Of a DNA stretch of 64,000 bases, positions 52,478 to 63,336 are shown piece after piece. The stretch lies in assembly GCA_000004985.1 (NCBI GenBank), contig GG738846.1; one strand, written 5' to 3'. The translations under genes and the position numbers were made by a program. The stretch comes from Naegleria gruberi (Eukaryota). Below the pieces are notes generated by a model that saw nothing but the letters and a program-made list of their open reading frames with translations, did no database searches and was not told where the DNA came from. Position 1 is the first letter of the stretch. Each line of letters opens with the position of its first letter.

Positions 52478-53500
52478 TTACACCAAATTAGTGAAGGAGA
52501 AATTATTTAACCAGGTGTTATCTTCACAGGTAGCAGTGTAAGAAATAGCAGGGGAAGTATTTTGAGGGGAGGATGGTTGTTTTCTTTGGAAGAAATGGAT
52601 ATTTGGAGTATGTTTTTCGAAAGGAGAGGTGGAAATTCTAGCGATTTGTTTTGGTGGAGATCTTTCAGGAGTCTTTGGAGCAATTGGTTGTTGGACTGGT
52701 TGTTGTCTAACTTGCTTGTTGGTCTTCTTGAATGTGTTTACCCATTGTTGAAGATCGGCAAGGAAAGGTTTAACAGGCCAAAAATTGCCTCTTGCTTGCT
52801 TCCTGATAATTTCACCAATATTAAACCAGGAAATTTGAGCAATTTCCTTTCTGGTTTGGGTGAGGAACTTGGTAGATGAAGGAATGTTTGGAGCAATAAA
52901 AAGTTTAACTAATTGTTCGTTGAATTGTCCTTCAAGGAATTGGTCTTTCAAAATATATTGAGAGCAATCAAAACCAACTTCTTCTCTACCTTCTCTGACA
53001 GCACAAGCGACTTCTTCTTCATTCTTGTTAATCTTACCTCTTGGGAAAGACCAAGACTTGGAGTTCCATCCCTTGACTAGGAGAATATTTTCCAAGGTTT
53101 CATCAATTAAAATAACACCGCATACAGGTACGCTAGTCTTGTAATTGATAAAGGATTGAATGTGTTCATCAACAGTTTTTTGGTATGGTTGGAGGAAAGG
53201 GCAGGCAAGGAAAACCTTATCGGCGAATTGGTGGAGGTTGAATTTAGGAAGGGAAGGATTTTGTTCTCTATAAAAATCCAAATAGAACCAAAAGGCTTCT
53301 TCAATTTGGAAGAAGAGACGGTCAAAGTTTTCGTGTTCTTCTTCAGGACAATTGAGAATAAATTTAACTACTAGTTCATCCATAATTTCATCGAGAGATT
53401 TGACTCTAGTAGGGGTTTCAACTTTTCTAGCATCTTCCTTCGAATTTCTTCTTGGGGATTTCTTAGAAGGGGACTTTCTAGCATTATTCATTCCTGACAT
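52478..53500 (-). CDS. DCP2: mRNA-decapping enzyme subunit 2 (Dcp2): Box A plus Nudix hydrolase
   Basis: 340 aa. The N-terminal Box A region LDEIMDELVVKFILNCPEEEHENFDRLFFQIEEAFWFYLDFY matches Dcp2. The Nudix box is GKINKNEEEVACAVREGREEVGFD (GxxxxxExxxxxxxREuxEExGu). The C-terminus is Q/P-rich. Confidence 0.85.
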   Translation of the reverse strand: MSGMNNARKSPSKKSPRRNSKEDARKVETPTRVKSLDEIMDELVVKFILNCPEEEHENFDRLFFQIEEAFWFYLDFYREQNPSLPKFNLHQFADKVFLACPFLQPYQKTVDEHIQSFINYKTSVPVCGVILIDETLENILLVKGWNSKSWSFPRGKINKNEEEVACAVREGREEVGFDCSQYILKDQFLEGQFNEQLVKLFIAPNIPSSTKFLTQTRKEIAQISWFNIGEIIRKQARGNFWPVKPFLADLQQWVNTFKKTNKQVRQQPVQQPIAPKTPERSPPKQIARISTSPFEKHTPNIHFFQRKQPSSPQNTSPAISYTATCEDNTWLNNFSFTNLV

Positions 53501-54980
53501 GATGATGATGGTTTGTTTAGAGTTAGTATAGACAATGAGAGTTTGTGTAGTTTTGGTGGGAAAACTATGAAATGATTAAAAACGGGGTTATACAACGTAT
53601 AGACCAATGTAGAGGTGTGTGGTGGTAGGTAGTTTTAGGGAAAAACCTGTAGCGAGATGAGAATGGCGGTTTAAAAAAACGAGCGCTGAAAAATACTATT
53701 AACTAGCTCTAGCTTATTGTTCATATAGTGAACGTATGTTGAGAGAATTTTTTTTTGTTGTTTTCGGTTGAGTGCAAAACAACGCTAATTTTAAATCTTT
53801 GCGTTGCGAAATCTCCTGCTGCTATGAAACAACGCCTCGCAACGTGTGTTGTTGTGTTTGTCGGTTGTTGTATCTTTGAATCTCGCATACAACTTTGCTT
53901 GGTGTTGATGTGAGTCATATTTGGGTCATGGATTCTCTTGCTCCTCTTTCGATAATTTGATAAGACGCAATTTTGAAGAGAATGTCCCAATGAGAGACAA
54001 ATCGTTGCCTAAAGATCAATGGCAAGTTATTATTAGCAGAGAAGAGTGACAAATTCAATGATGAACATCACATCCAGGAAGGAACATAAGAAAACTATTT
54101 TTGAGCTTCTAATTGTAATTTCGGAATGCACGGAAGACATGTACAGTTGTTGTCATTACCTCCTAAAACCATATTTCGATATTGAACATCAATCAACTTT
54201 ATTATACATCAATGATAGTTTAATTGATAAATACAATCATTCAACCTCAATTGTTGGAAGAGAGGTTTACATCATGATTGGTCAATCATTATTAGTTACA
54301 AAATTTACCTTATGATGATTTTGTAATACACCTTATCATGTTATTTACAATCTTCAAATTTTCGGTTGGAAGGTACCATTTCTTCCTTATACAATCAGCT
54401 GAAGGTAGATTTGGAGATTAATGCTTCGCGGTTGAGAGAGTTGTTCAAAATTACTAATAAGGAACTTTCAAATATACAATGCTACGAATGGGTTGATCAA
54501 GAACTAATAGCAGTTTTAGTAAAAAATTTGAATAGGTGAGAGAGAATATCACAACATTGACAGTGAAATCCAAAAGTTCCCTTTTGTTGATATTCAAACT
54601 ATAATGGGCGTGAAACAATTTATAACCATTGAAGTAGTTGGAGGAGAGGATTCAATCATGACTGAGATCACTCTTGAGAACAATGGAAAGGCCTCTATTG
54701 TTCATTCATGCTTATCTATAAATTAAGAATTGTGCTTATTTTGATCATTACGTTGTAAATGAATTACTACTATATTAAATATTGGTTAAAAACAGATGTT
54801 GAACTGCATAGAATAGAAGGGTGACTGTTGTAAGGAAGAATAATCGACTGTTTAGTAAACCTATCATTAAGGACATTCGAGTACAGTATTTTCCTGTAAA
54901 AATTGTTTTATTTCTTCTGGGATTGTTCACATTTGCATCTTACTTGTTGTGATTCTTATCCTTTGATGGTTTAAGAAGCA

Positions 54981-56019
54981 TCAAAAGTTGTTTATCCCGT
55001 TCTTCTTGTTTCTTTTCCATTCTTCAAGATTCTTTGAAAGATTATTAACACTTTCAACAAACTTATCGATACCCGAAAGGATTAGGTTATTTTGTTTTAA
55101 CAATTCGAGTGCATCTATTGTTTCAATGCTCATCTGCAGACTTGGTGTGTTTGGTAACCTTATCACTTCCATATCTTCTTCATTCCCTGAATTACGAATT
55201 TTCTCCATCACTAACTCTTCTTTTAATTGAGAATCTTCCTGAGACGAATCAGTTTTAAGGAGAATTCTCTTGGATACGTCCCATTTATGAGGTCCTGATT
55301 CTTATGGTTGGGATTCTTTTTGGGAATCACTTTCTTCTTGTTTGGCAAATTGATTGGTTTCCACTATTTGAGAAACTGGAGTTATTACTTCATTGAAATG
55401 CTGTTCTTCTTTCATATCCCATTCATGTCGAGTGATTGTTTCATTCATACATTCAATCTTATCAACATCCTCAAGGATTGTAGTGTTAATTTGAGGTTCT
55501 CTTTCCTCTTGAGGTGGGGTTTTGGCCTCCACATCTTCATTCACTGATTTATGAATTTCCTCAATCACTGACTCTTCTTTTAATGTTGTTGCTATAGTTG
55601 TTGTTTCAAGTGCTTGTTTCTTCCATTTCTTTTGATTTCTTTGGTTTCTTCACAACATCCTCATCTCTGGAGAAGCTTAATAAAAAACTGTCAAGATTGA
55701 ACTTACATGTTTGCTCTTCCGCACTCATTTTCGAACAATTCTAATAGTTTCATGCATAGTTCACTCTTTTCCGTTTTGGTCATGCAAAGTAATTCAATAA
55801 GGTTCTGGGGATGTGTTGATACTATTCAATCAAGTTAAAGCACATCGTTGCGAACAAATCCTCATCTTTAATTTCCTTTCTCAAGTTACATTGTCCAAAG
55901 ACTTTAAAAAGGAGATTGGTATAAATCTTTGGTTTGTTTAATACTGCTTTGATTTCATGATAGCGTTGATTAATCTTCAAAAAGGAAACCGAAAGAGTTT
56001 GATTTTTCCATTCTTCCAA
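54981..56019 (-). pseudogene. Fragmentary, repeat-containing coding remnants. They are either a degenerate gene or exons of a multi-intron gene that I could not reconstruct.
   Basis: Three short minus-strand ORFs (54981..55211, 55302..55568, 55822..56019) have GTG/TTG pseudo-starts. Two of them are about 80% identical DNA copies spaced about 360 bp apart (MMEKIRNSGNEEDMEV... versus MIEEIHKSVNEDVEAK...). The frames are open beyond the listed starts but lack ATG. Confidence 0.25.
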
Positions 56020-56577
56020 AAAGGAAGAAGAGACGCATTTCGATTAAAAAGTTCACAAGAATATCACAATCCTTCATTTCATCATTGGTGAAAATTCGAA
56101 TGTACTCTCTTGTTATTTTCTTCTTTTCTTTCAAGGTCAGAGTGTGGTTCCTTCACTTTCTTTGAGGTTGTTGTCGAGCATTTTTTTTAAGGCTTGTTGT
56201 GATTTTCAATTCGAGAGGGAAGAAGAAAAAGAATGGTTTAATGAGGTTCAAAATTATTGATACAATATCTGATCAGCTCTACTGATTGGGCTCTTCTATT
56301 TGTTAGTATGGATGGTAGTGGAAGAGTTATCTGTTTGGTTCAAATTTTACATAAGACCCAAGTAATGTCCCAGCAAAAATTGGAAATACTATTAATCCAT
56401 GATGTGATATTGATGTTAGAATGGTCCACTTTTGATGGTAGGCTAGGTCCAAATGTTACAATGAAGGCAGCACTAATCAAAGATAGTAGAAACGTGATTT
56501 CATGAGTAAAAAAAAATGCACTAGAGGTTTCTTCTTCTTGTTATTGACCTATTTTCTGCGATCACGTTTAAAAAAAA

Positions 56578-59400
56578 ATGTCAAAGCCTATTCGATTCAC
56601 ACAAACACGAAGATCTTTCATCACTTCCAACAACAACAATGATGACTGGCTTGCACCATTGCTTGCCCAAACAAACATGCCCGAAGGCAACTTTAAAAGA
56701 CCATTGGCAGTGGGTGGTACTTTTACGAATGGTGATAAAACATATAAAATCATAGAGATTTTTGTTGAAGGAGGTCAAGCAAAAACATTCAAATGTTTAG
56801 ACAGGTACAACAATATTGTGGTGGTAAAATTGCTTCCTTGTGAGAATGTGTTATCGTATGGAGATTGTATAGAATTCAACTTGTCACTTTCTAATGAAGC
56901 AAAGAGAACATTTTCACGATATATTATCTATCAGATGGATGGATTTACAGTAACAATCAATAATTCCGAAAATAATATTGATGAACAATATATTTGTGTT
57001 GTTACAGAGTATTGTAAAGAAGGCTATTTGAATGTTATAGGTCATTCTTTTGACATAACCATCTCACTTGTATTACAGTTTATTTTCCAGAGTGGAATAG
57101 GTTTAGATAAATTACATAATGTTGGTTTTGTTCACATGGATTTGAAACCAGAGAATTTATTCATAAGAGAATTCACACAACACAAGATTCTCTTGGTTGT
57201 TGGAGATTTAGGAATAGCCAGAAAGTTCCAAAACCAAGAAGAACAAGAAGATGGTGAGTACTACTGGGGTACCGAAGGCTACAGAGATCCAATTTATAGG
57301 AAATGTGGTACATTTTCTTCTTCATGTGATGTTTGGGGCATTGGTGTAACTTTTTTGGAGTTTATTTCAAAGAAAAGGATTAGTACTGATTTTGAGACAA
57401 TGTCAGAAATAGAGAGACACTGGTATATTGAATTATTATTTGCTGAAATATTATTAACCAAACCTAGAGAACAAGAAGAATGGTCTATCATCAAATATAT
57501 TGTTAAAGGAATGTTAACAGAAAACATTGACAAAAGATTAACCATTTTGGATATCTTTAGAACTATTTTTACAGAAGCAGTTAATGAAATAGATTTTGCA
57601 AGCAATTTCCAAAGATTGAAAGATGTTTTTAGAATGAATGAATCTGTGGTTATTTCATGTCTACATGAAAATGGTATGAATTTAAAATATGTTGATGATG
57701 GATATTTAGATAGAAGAGATATTATAGAAATAGCTGTCTCTCAAAATGGTCTCTCTTATGAATATATCAAATCAAATCACAATCAATTCATGTATGACAA
57801 AAAAATAATTCAAAAAGCTTACCAAAGTAACCCAGCTGTTCTTAAGTTCATTCCAGAACATTTCCACAATACTGAATATTTGGGAAATGATATGCGACTA
57901 AAAAATTCAGACAATCAAAGTATTAGCATAATTGATAGTAATGATATAAGTATCATGATGCACAAAGTTAAAATAGATGGAATGTACTTAATTTCAGCTT
58001 CAAGTGAATTAAGAAATACCTATGAACTTGTTAAGGAAAGTGTTAAATCTAGAGGGATATCATTACAATATGCCTCTGATGATCTTAAAAAGAAGTACGA
58101 AATTTGCGACATTGCTATTTCTCAGAATGGGTTGGCTTTGGAGTTTGTTGATGAAAGTATAATAGATGACAATTTGGTGCTTAAGGCTGTGAAAAATAAT
58201 GGGATGGCGTTACAGTTTGTATCTGATATTTGGAAAACCGAAGAAATTGCCCGAACCGCCATTCGTTCCAAGGGAAAAGCTATTCAGTTCATACCAAAAG
58301 ATTTGTTAGATCAATATGCAGTGATTTTATTTAATGAAAATCTCGAAAGCATGTTCGTATGTTTGTTTGTGCAAGGATGGGAATATGTTGAAAAGTGTAT
58401 TCGAAATTATGGCGGTAAGGTAGACTATTTAGAAGGTATATTACTAAGCAAATCAGAACTGAGTACCATTGTATTAGCTAGTGAACAAGGTGATTCAAAT
58501 GCACAATTTAATCTTGCAGTTATGTATGAAAATGGTGAAGGAATATTACAAGATTATTCAAAAGCATTTGAATGGTTTTTAAAAAGTGCTGAACAAGGTG
58601 ATTCAAATGCACAATTTAATCTTGCAGTTATGTATGAAAATGGTGAAGGAATAGTACAAGATTATTCAAAAGCATTTGAATGGTTTTTAAAAAGTGCTGA
58701 ACAAGGTTATTCAAATGCACAATTTAATCTTGCATTGATGTATGATAATGGTATTGGAATATTACAAGATTATTCAAAAGCATTTGAATGGTATTTAAAA
58801 AGTGCTAAACAAGGTGATTCAAGAGCACAATTTAATCTTGCATTGATGTATGAAAATGGCAAAGGAGTAGAACAAGATTATTCAAAAGCATTTGAATGGT
58901 TTTTAAAAAGTGCTAAACAAGGTGATTCAAATGCACAATTTAATCTTGCATTGATGTATGAAAATGGCATTGGAATATTACAAGATTATTCAAAAGCATT
59001 TGAATGGTATTTAAAAAGTGCTGGACAAGGTTATTCAAGAGCACAATTTAATCTTGCATTGATGTATGAAAATGGTATTGGAATATTACAAGATTATTCA
59101 AAAGCATTTGAATGGTATTTAAAAAGTGCTGAACAAGGTTATTCAAATGCACAATTTAATCTTGCATTGATGTATGAAAATGGTGAAGGAATATTACAAG
59201 ATTATTCAAAAGCATTTGAATGGTATTTAAAAAGTGCTGAACAAGGTGATTCAAGAGCACAATTTAAGCTTGCAGTTATGTATTATAATGGTGAAGGAAT
59301 ATTACAAGATTATTCAAAAGCATTTGAATGGTTTTTAAAAAGTGCTGAACAAGGTAATTCAAGTGCACAATTCAAAATTAAGGCTTTAAAGATGGAATAA
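56578..59400 (+). CDS. Protein kinase (TKL-like, atypical catalytic motifs) with a central ~40-aa repeat region and a C-terminal array of 8-9 Sel1 (TPR-like) repeats
   Basis: 940-aa single exon. Kinase core: VVVKLL (beta3 Lys), HMDLKPENLF (catalytic loop, non-RD), VGDLGIA (DLG instead of DFG), GTEGYRDP. The middle region has about 6 repeats of the form NG(M/L)(A/S)L(Q/E)(F/Y)(V/A)(S/D)D...AV(K/S)(N/Q)NG. The C-terminus is 9x (S)NAQFNLA(V/L)MYENGEGILQDYSKAFEWFLKSAEQGD = Sel1 repeats. Confidence 0.9.
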   Translation: MSKPIRFTQTRRSFITSNNNNDDWLAPLLAQTNMPEGNFKRPLAVGGTFTNGDKTYKIIEIFVEGGQAKTFKCLDRYNNIVVVKLLPCENVLSYGDCIEFNLSLSNEAKRTFSRYIIYQMDGFTVTINNSENNIDEQYICVVTEYCKEGYLNVIGHSFDITISLVLQFIFQSGIGLDKLHNVGFVHMDLKPENLFIREFTQHKILLVVGDLGIARKFQNQEEQEDGEYYWGTEGYRDPIYRKCGTFSSSCDVWGIGVTFLEFISKKRISTDFETMSEIERHWYIELLFAEILLTKPREQEEWSIIKYIVKGMLTENIDKRLTILDIFRTIFTEAVNEIDFASNFQRLKDVFRMNESVVISCLHENGMNLKYVDDGYLDRRDIIEIAVSQNGLSYEYIKSNHNQFMYDKKIIQKAYQSNPAVLKFIPEHFHNTEYLGNDMRLKNSDNQSISIIDSNDISIMMHKVKIDGMYLISASSELRNTYELVKESVKSRGISLQYASDDLKKKYEICDIAISQNGLALEFVDESIIDDNLVLKAVKNNGMALQFVSDIWKTEEIARTAIRSKGKAIQFIPKDLLDQYAVILFNENLESMFVCLFVQGWEYVEKCIRNYGGKVDYLEGILLSKSELSTIVLASEQGDSNAQFNLAVMYENGEGILQDYSKAFEWFLKSAEQGDSNAQFNLAVMYENGEGIVQDYSKAFEWFLKSAEQGYSNAQFNLALMYDNGIGILQDYSKAFEWYLKSAKQGDSRAQFNLALMYENGKGVEQDYSKAFEWFLKSAKQGDSNAQFNLALMYENGIGILQDYSKAFEWYLKSAGQGYSRAQFNLALMYENGIGILQDYSKAFEWYLKSAEQGYSNAQFNLALMYENGEGILQDYSKAFEWYLKSAEQGDSRAQFKLAVMYYNGEGILQDYSKAFEWFLKSAEQGNSSAQFKIKALKME
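58483..59397 (+). repeat. Tandem array of about 8.5 near-identical 108-bp units encoding the Sel1 repeats
   Basis: The unit GAACAAGGTGATTCAAATGCACAATTTAATCTTGCAGTTATGTATGAAAATGGTGAAGGAATATTACAAGATTATTCAAAAGCATTTGAATGGTTTTTAAAAAGTGCT recurs head-to-tail with only a few substitutions per copy (for example GAT/TAT, GCAGTT/GCATTG, GAAGGA/ATTGGA). Confidence 0.8.
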
Positions 59401-59448
59401 CATAAAATCCGTTAACCATTTAATTTTTCACCATGTTTGTTTTATTAT

Positions 59449-62400
59449 TTAAATAAAGAATGGATTGTATGGATTTTGTAATAAATTTGGCAAGTTTTCA
59501 GATTGTGCTTTGAGAATTAAATTTGATAAGTAATTGTAATATTCACTTGGGAATGATTGGCTCAATTGTTTCATTAGGTATTTACTGGTATAGTAGAGAA
59601 TGGTTGGGTTGAATTTCTCTTGTTGTAATAAATTCTTGAAAAAGGTAATTCCACCAATAGATTCCAATACATTAACAGACTTGTTACATTTTTCAATTAT
59701 TAAAATTAGTAATACAGAACAAATAGATGACAATTGGCTTGATTGTTGTTGATTTGAATGCAAACTTTCGAATAAATAGTACAATATACTAATACTGATA
59801 TCTTTCAATAAATAAAAAGGTATTGTCAAGTATCCATTCAAAAACATTTCACACATATCCAAATTAAATAATTCATTAGATGATTTCAATGAAGACTGAA
59901 GAGAATTAACAATGGAAATAAAATCAAACACAATATAAAATGATTTGATGAGAATGTGTAAATTAGTCTCTTTTCTGTTAACAATACATTCTAATAGAGA
60001 TTCATTAATATTCTTAATCATAATCTTGACTAGATCGCCATGTGTTGTACATTTTGATTTGAATAATTGAATCTTCTTTTCCAATAAATTCAAATAGAGA
60101 ATTCTTACTTTAGGATTTTCATGATTAATCATATCTGTCATTAATTGATTAAGTTTCAATTTCAAATCTTGATAATATTTTGGTGTAAGATTATCATAAT
60201 CTTCAAAGAATTTGATAAAATTGAATAATACCAATTCACCTTGTCTTAAATCATCATCACTTTCCATAAATGTTGATGATGAATTAGTTGTTGTTGAATT
60301 TACACTACTACTAGCCCCATTAAAGGAACTATTGAGACCACTACCAGTAGTAGCATTGCCACCGCCACCACCAATACCAGAACCACTCATGTTTGGTCCA
60401 TTGGAAGTAGTATTAGTAGCACCTGTACAATTAAAGATTAAATCTTTAATAATTTTTTCAAATAAATTAATATTACTCATGTTCATATTATTTAAAATAT
60501 TTGTTGTGTAATTTTTAAATTCAGAGTTCAAGTATTTACAAGATAATTTTTGTAATCCAATAATAAACTTCATTAAATTATCAATTTTGAAAAAGAATGT
60601 TTCGGATTTTACAAAGTTGGTGTATAAGAATTTTGTGAATAATTTTACAAAAGTATAATGTTTGTCAACGTTTGGAATAAATTTGAATAGTAAATGTAAA
60701 TATAAAGGTAAATTTGATTGATCAAATATTAAAAATAAATAATCTTTTTGGAATGACTCCATATCTGGTAATTCCAAATTAATGATATAATCAAATATGA
60801 TTAAAAATAAATTATACTTGCTATTTAAATTTAACAAGTGATTATATTCTGTATAAAGTTGAATAATGGAATATATTGAGTTTGGTAATTTTTTAAGCAA
60901 ATTATTTTGATGATTAATTTGAAATGTTAATAGAGAAATTAAAATATCATAACAATTATATTCCTCATTAAAATTACTCAGATTAAATAAAATCAAATCG
61001 AATACAATTCGAACATCCAATTGATCAATTAATAATTGAGGATTTAACTCAATTATAATGTTATTATTCAAATTAATATTTGTGTTATAAATAATAAAAT
61101 GATGATACAGGAAATAAATTAAAATCTCACTAATCTTGGTCTTGATAAATGAATCGTTATGGTTCATTGTAAAATAAACCAGCGACATGTCGCAAAACTT
61201 GGAAAACAAATCAGAAATTACAAATTCAATATTTGGAATATTCTGATAGAGATTGAATAAATTAGTAACATAATAATAAATATTGAATATCAGTTTGAAA
61301 ACATAATAAATATTGGTATTATCATTGGTATCTAACATTTCCAAAAAGAAACTATTCAATTGCTTCATAGTTAATTTAGATTGATCATTTCCATAAATAG
61401 TGTGTGAAATCATTACTGTAAAGAATAGGCAGGCATCATTTAACTTGATTTCATCGCCATTAGAATTTATAATTTGATTCAAAATAGTATTGAACTGATC
61501 ATAATTTTCAATAATAGATTGAATATACAAGTCATTGTTATTCTTGTATTCATAATATTGTTCAATGTATTGTGATAGATTTGGAAGCAAAATTTCATCA
61601 ATATTATTCAAAACAAATTCTTCATGTTGAATTTCACTCTTGATACTTTGAATTTGGTGTTTAATAGTATCCATATTTTCAATATTTAAAATCTTGTTAC
61701 TTTTATCAATTTCTGCTTGTTTATCTTCAAATTTAGTAAATTTTCTAAATTGACTTCCAAAATAGATGAAATCCATGATAGTTTGATCAATTTCATTCTT
61801 TGAATCACCTCCAATGGATGCACCTCCTAATGATGTGAATGATGATGATTTTTCATTTAATGAGTAGTTATTATTTAATACATCATTATTTAATAATCTA
61901 TTCTTGTATAAATAATATTCAAAAACTCTTGAAGTTAATCCTGAAATTCTCTTATCATAATTTAACATGTTTAATATGAGAGTTTGATTTTTCTGTAAAA
62001 TTTTAATTAAATGCCTATGTAAATATTTAATACAGAATTGTAATTGTGTTTGTAAATTGGCATTTAAATGTTTTTTTGATAAGCCATCTTTACAATAGTA
62101 ATAAATATTTTTATATTGATCCAATAATGAATCATCCCTCTTGAATGTTGTAAGAAAGGTCTTTAATAAATATAAACAAATTAATAAAATTGATACAGAA
62201 TCTTCATTCTCTTGCATTCTTTTCAAAATCTCCTTATAAATGTAAACTTTACTGTTTTTATCATTGTGATATTTGAAAAGTAATTTGAGTGAATATGAAT
62301 TTTTAAAGTAAATATTACTATGTTTCGTATTGTTATTGTTATTCAATGCATTATCATATAAAACATATTCATTATTCAATAATTGACTATTATTACTTAT

Positions 62401-63336
62401 TAGAGTACTAGCACTTCCAATAAATGATTGAAATGTATTTAAATTTCCACTATATGAATTAATAGAAGTTGAATTATTTCCTCCAATAAAACTTCCACCA
62501 AGTGTCGTATTACTTGTCAAATTTGATGAGCTCGAATCAGAGCCACTCATCGATGTTAAGTGATTATAAATAATATTCATTGATGAATGATGTTGATTAT
62601 TGAGAACAATATTATCCTTTTTAATTATACTTGTCAATTCCTCAACTAGATCATGAATTATATTTTGAATGAATAAACTTTTAGGAGCATTCTTTGTTTG
62701 ATCCTTTACATAGGTAAGTGATGATCTCAAATTATTGGAAGTATGAGTAATGCCATTCAGGAAGGTTGGATCCATCATGAGTAACATGATATCATCGGAA
62801 TCTCCTCCATTTGCAGAGGAAGTAGGTGCACTTCCTCCACTCAAATAATTATTACTTGGAGTACCAGCAGATGATGTAAAATTGAGACTATTTCTTGGAG
62901 TGGTCACAGAGGAAGGTGATGAGAATAGATTTGTTGTAGGTGATCCAAAGTTGGTTGATGATGTAATCACTCGAGGAGATTGATTTGCATTATTATTAGT
63001 ATTGGAAGGTGAATTGAATTTTGTATATTGTATTGGAGAATTGGGTTGTTGGAAGGGAATTGAGGAGGCTGTTCGGTGGTGTAAATAGTGTTGCATCTCA
63101 TTGTAGCCTGAGAGTGATCCATTCTCAAAGGAGTGTCTTCGGTTAGGATCATTGTGATGACTATTTAAATATTGTGATGAGGAAGCTGCAGTTGAGGATG
63201 GAGGTGGTGGTGCATTTTGAGTTGATGTTGGTTGGCCATTATTTGTAGTGGGTGTTCCAAAAGCAACACTCGAATGAGTAGAGGCAGATGAAGAGGATGG
63301 TGTGCCAACAAGTCCTCCTTGTGGATGATGAGACAT
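59449..63336 (-). CDS. Large (1295 aa) hypothetical protein. It has an S/T/P/N-rich N-terminus and a very long N/I/L/Y-rich helical body, possibly an alpha-solenoid.
   Basis: Uninterrupted ATG-initiated 3.9-kb ORF, which is itself strong evidence of coding in about 75%-AT DNA. No family recognised. There is an internal Gly/Ser/Asn-rich linker (GSGIGGGGGNATTGSG). Confidence 0.55.
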   Translation of the reverse strand: MSHHPQGGLVGTPSSSSASTHSSVAFGTPTTNNGQPTSTQNAPPPPSSTAASSSQYLNSHHNDPNRRHSFENGSLSGYNEMQHYLHHRTASSIPFQQPNSPIQYTKFNSPSNTNNNANQSPRVITSSTNFGSPTTNLFSSPSSVTTPRNSLNFTSSAGTPSNNYLSGGSAPTSSANGGDSDDIMLLMMDPTFLNGITHTSNNLRSSLTYVKDQTKNAPKSLFIQNIIHDLVEELTSIIKKDNIVLNNQHHSSMNIIYNHLTSMSGSDSSSSNLTSNTTLGGSFIGGNNSTSINSYSGNLNTFQSFIGSASTLISNNSQLLNNEYVLYDNALNNNNNTKHSNIYFKNSYSLKLLFKYHNDKNSKVYIYKEILKRMQENEDSVSILLICLYLLKTFLTTFKRDDSLLDQYKNIYYYCKDGLSKKHLNANLQTQLQFCIKYLHRHLIKILQKNQTLILNMLNYDKRISGLTSRVFEYYLYKNRLLNNDVLNNNYSLNEKSSSFTSLGGASIGGDSKNEIDQTIMDFIYFGSQFRKFTKFEDKQAEIDKSNKILNIENMDTIKHQIQSIKSEIQHEEFVLNNIDEILLPNLSQYIEQYYEYKNNNDLYIQSIIENYDQFNTILNQIINSNGDEIKLNDACLFFTVMISHTIYGNDQSKLTMKQLNSFFLEMLDTNDNTNIYYVFKLIFNIYYYVTNLFNLYQNIPNIEFVISDLFSKFCDMSLVYFTMNHNDSFIKTKISEILIYFLYHHFIIYNTNINLNNNIIIELNPQLLIDQLDVRIVFDLILFNLSNFNEEYNCYDILISLLTFQINHQNNLLKKLPNSIYSIIQLYTEYNHLLNLNSKYNLFLIIFDYIINLELPDMESFQKDYLFLIFDQSNLPLYLHLLFKFIPNVDKHYTFVKLFTKFLYTNFVKSETFFFKIDNLMKFIIGLQKLSCKYLNSEFKNYTTNILNNMNMSNINLFEKIIKDLIFNCTGATNTTSNGPNMSGSGIGGGGGNATTGSGLNSSFNGASSSVNSTTTNSSSTFMESDDDLRQGELVLFNFIKFFEDYDNLTPKYYQDLKLKLNQLMTDMINHENPKVRILYLNLLEKKIQLFKSKCTTHGDLVKIMIKNINESLLECIVNRKETNLHILIKSFYIVFDFISIVNSLQSSLKSSNELFNLDMCEMFLNGYLTIPFYLLKDISISILYYLFESLHSNQQQSSQLSSICSVLLILIIEKCNKSVNVLESIGGITFFKNLLQQEKFNPTILYYTSKYLMKQLSQSFPSEYYNYLSNLILKAQSENLPNLLQNPYNPFFI

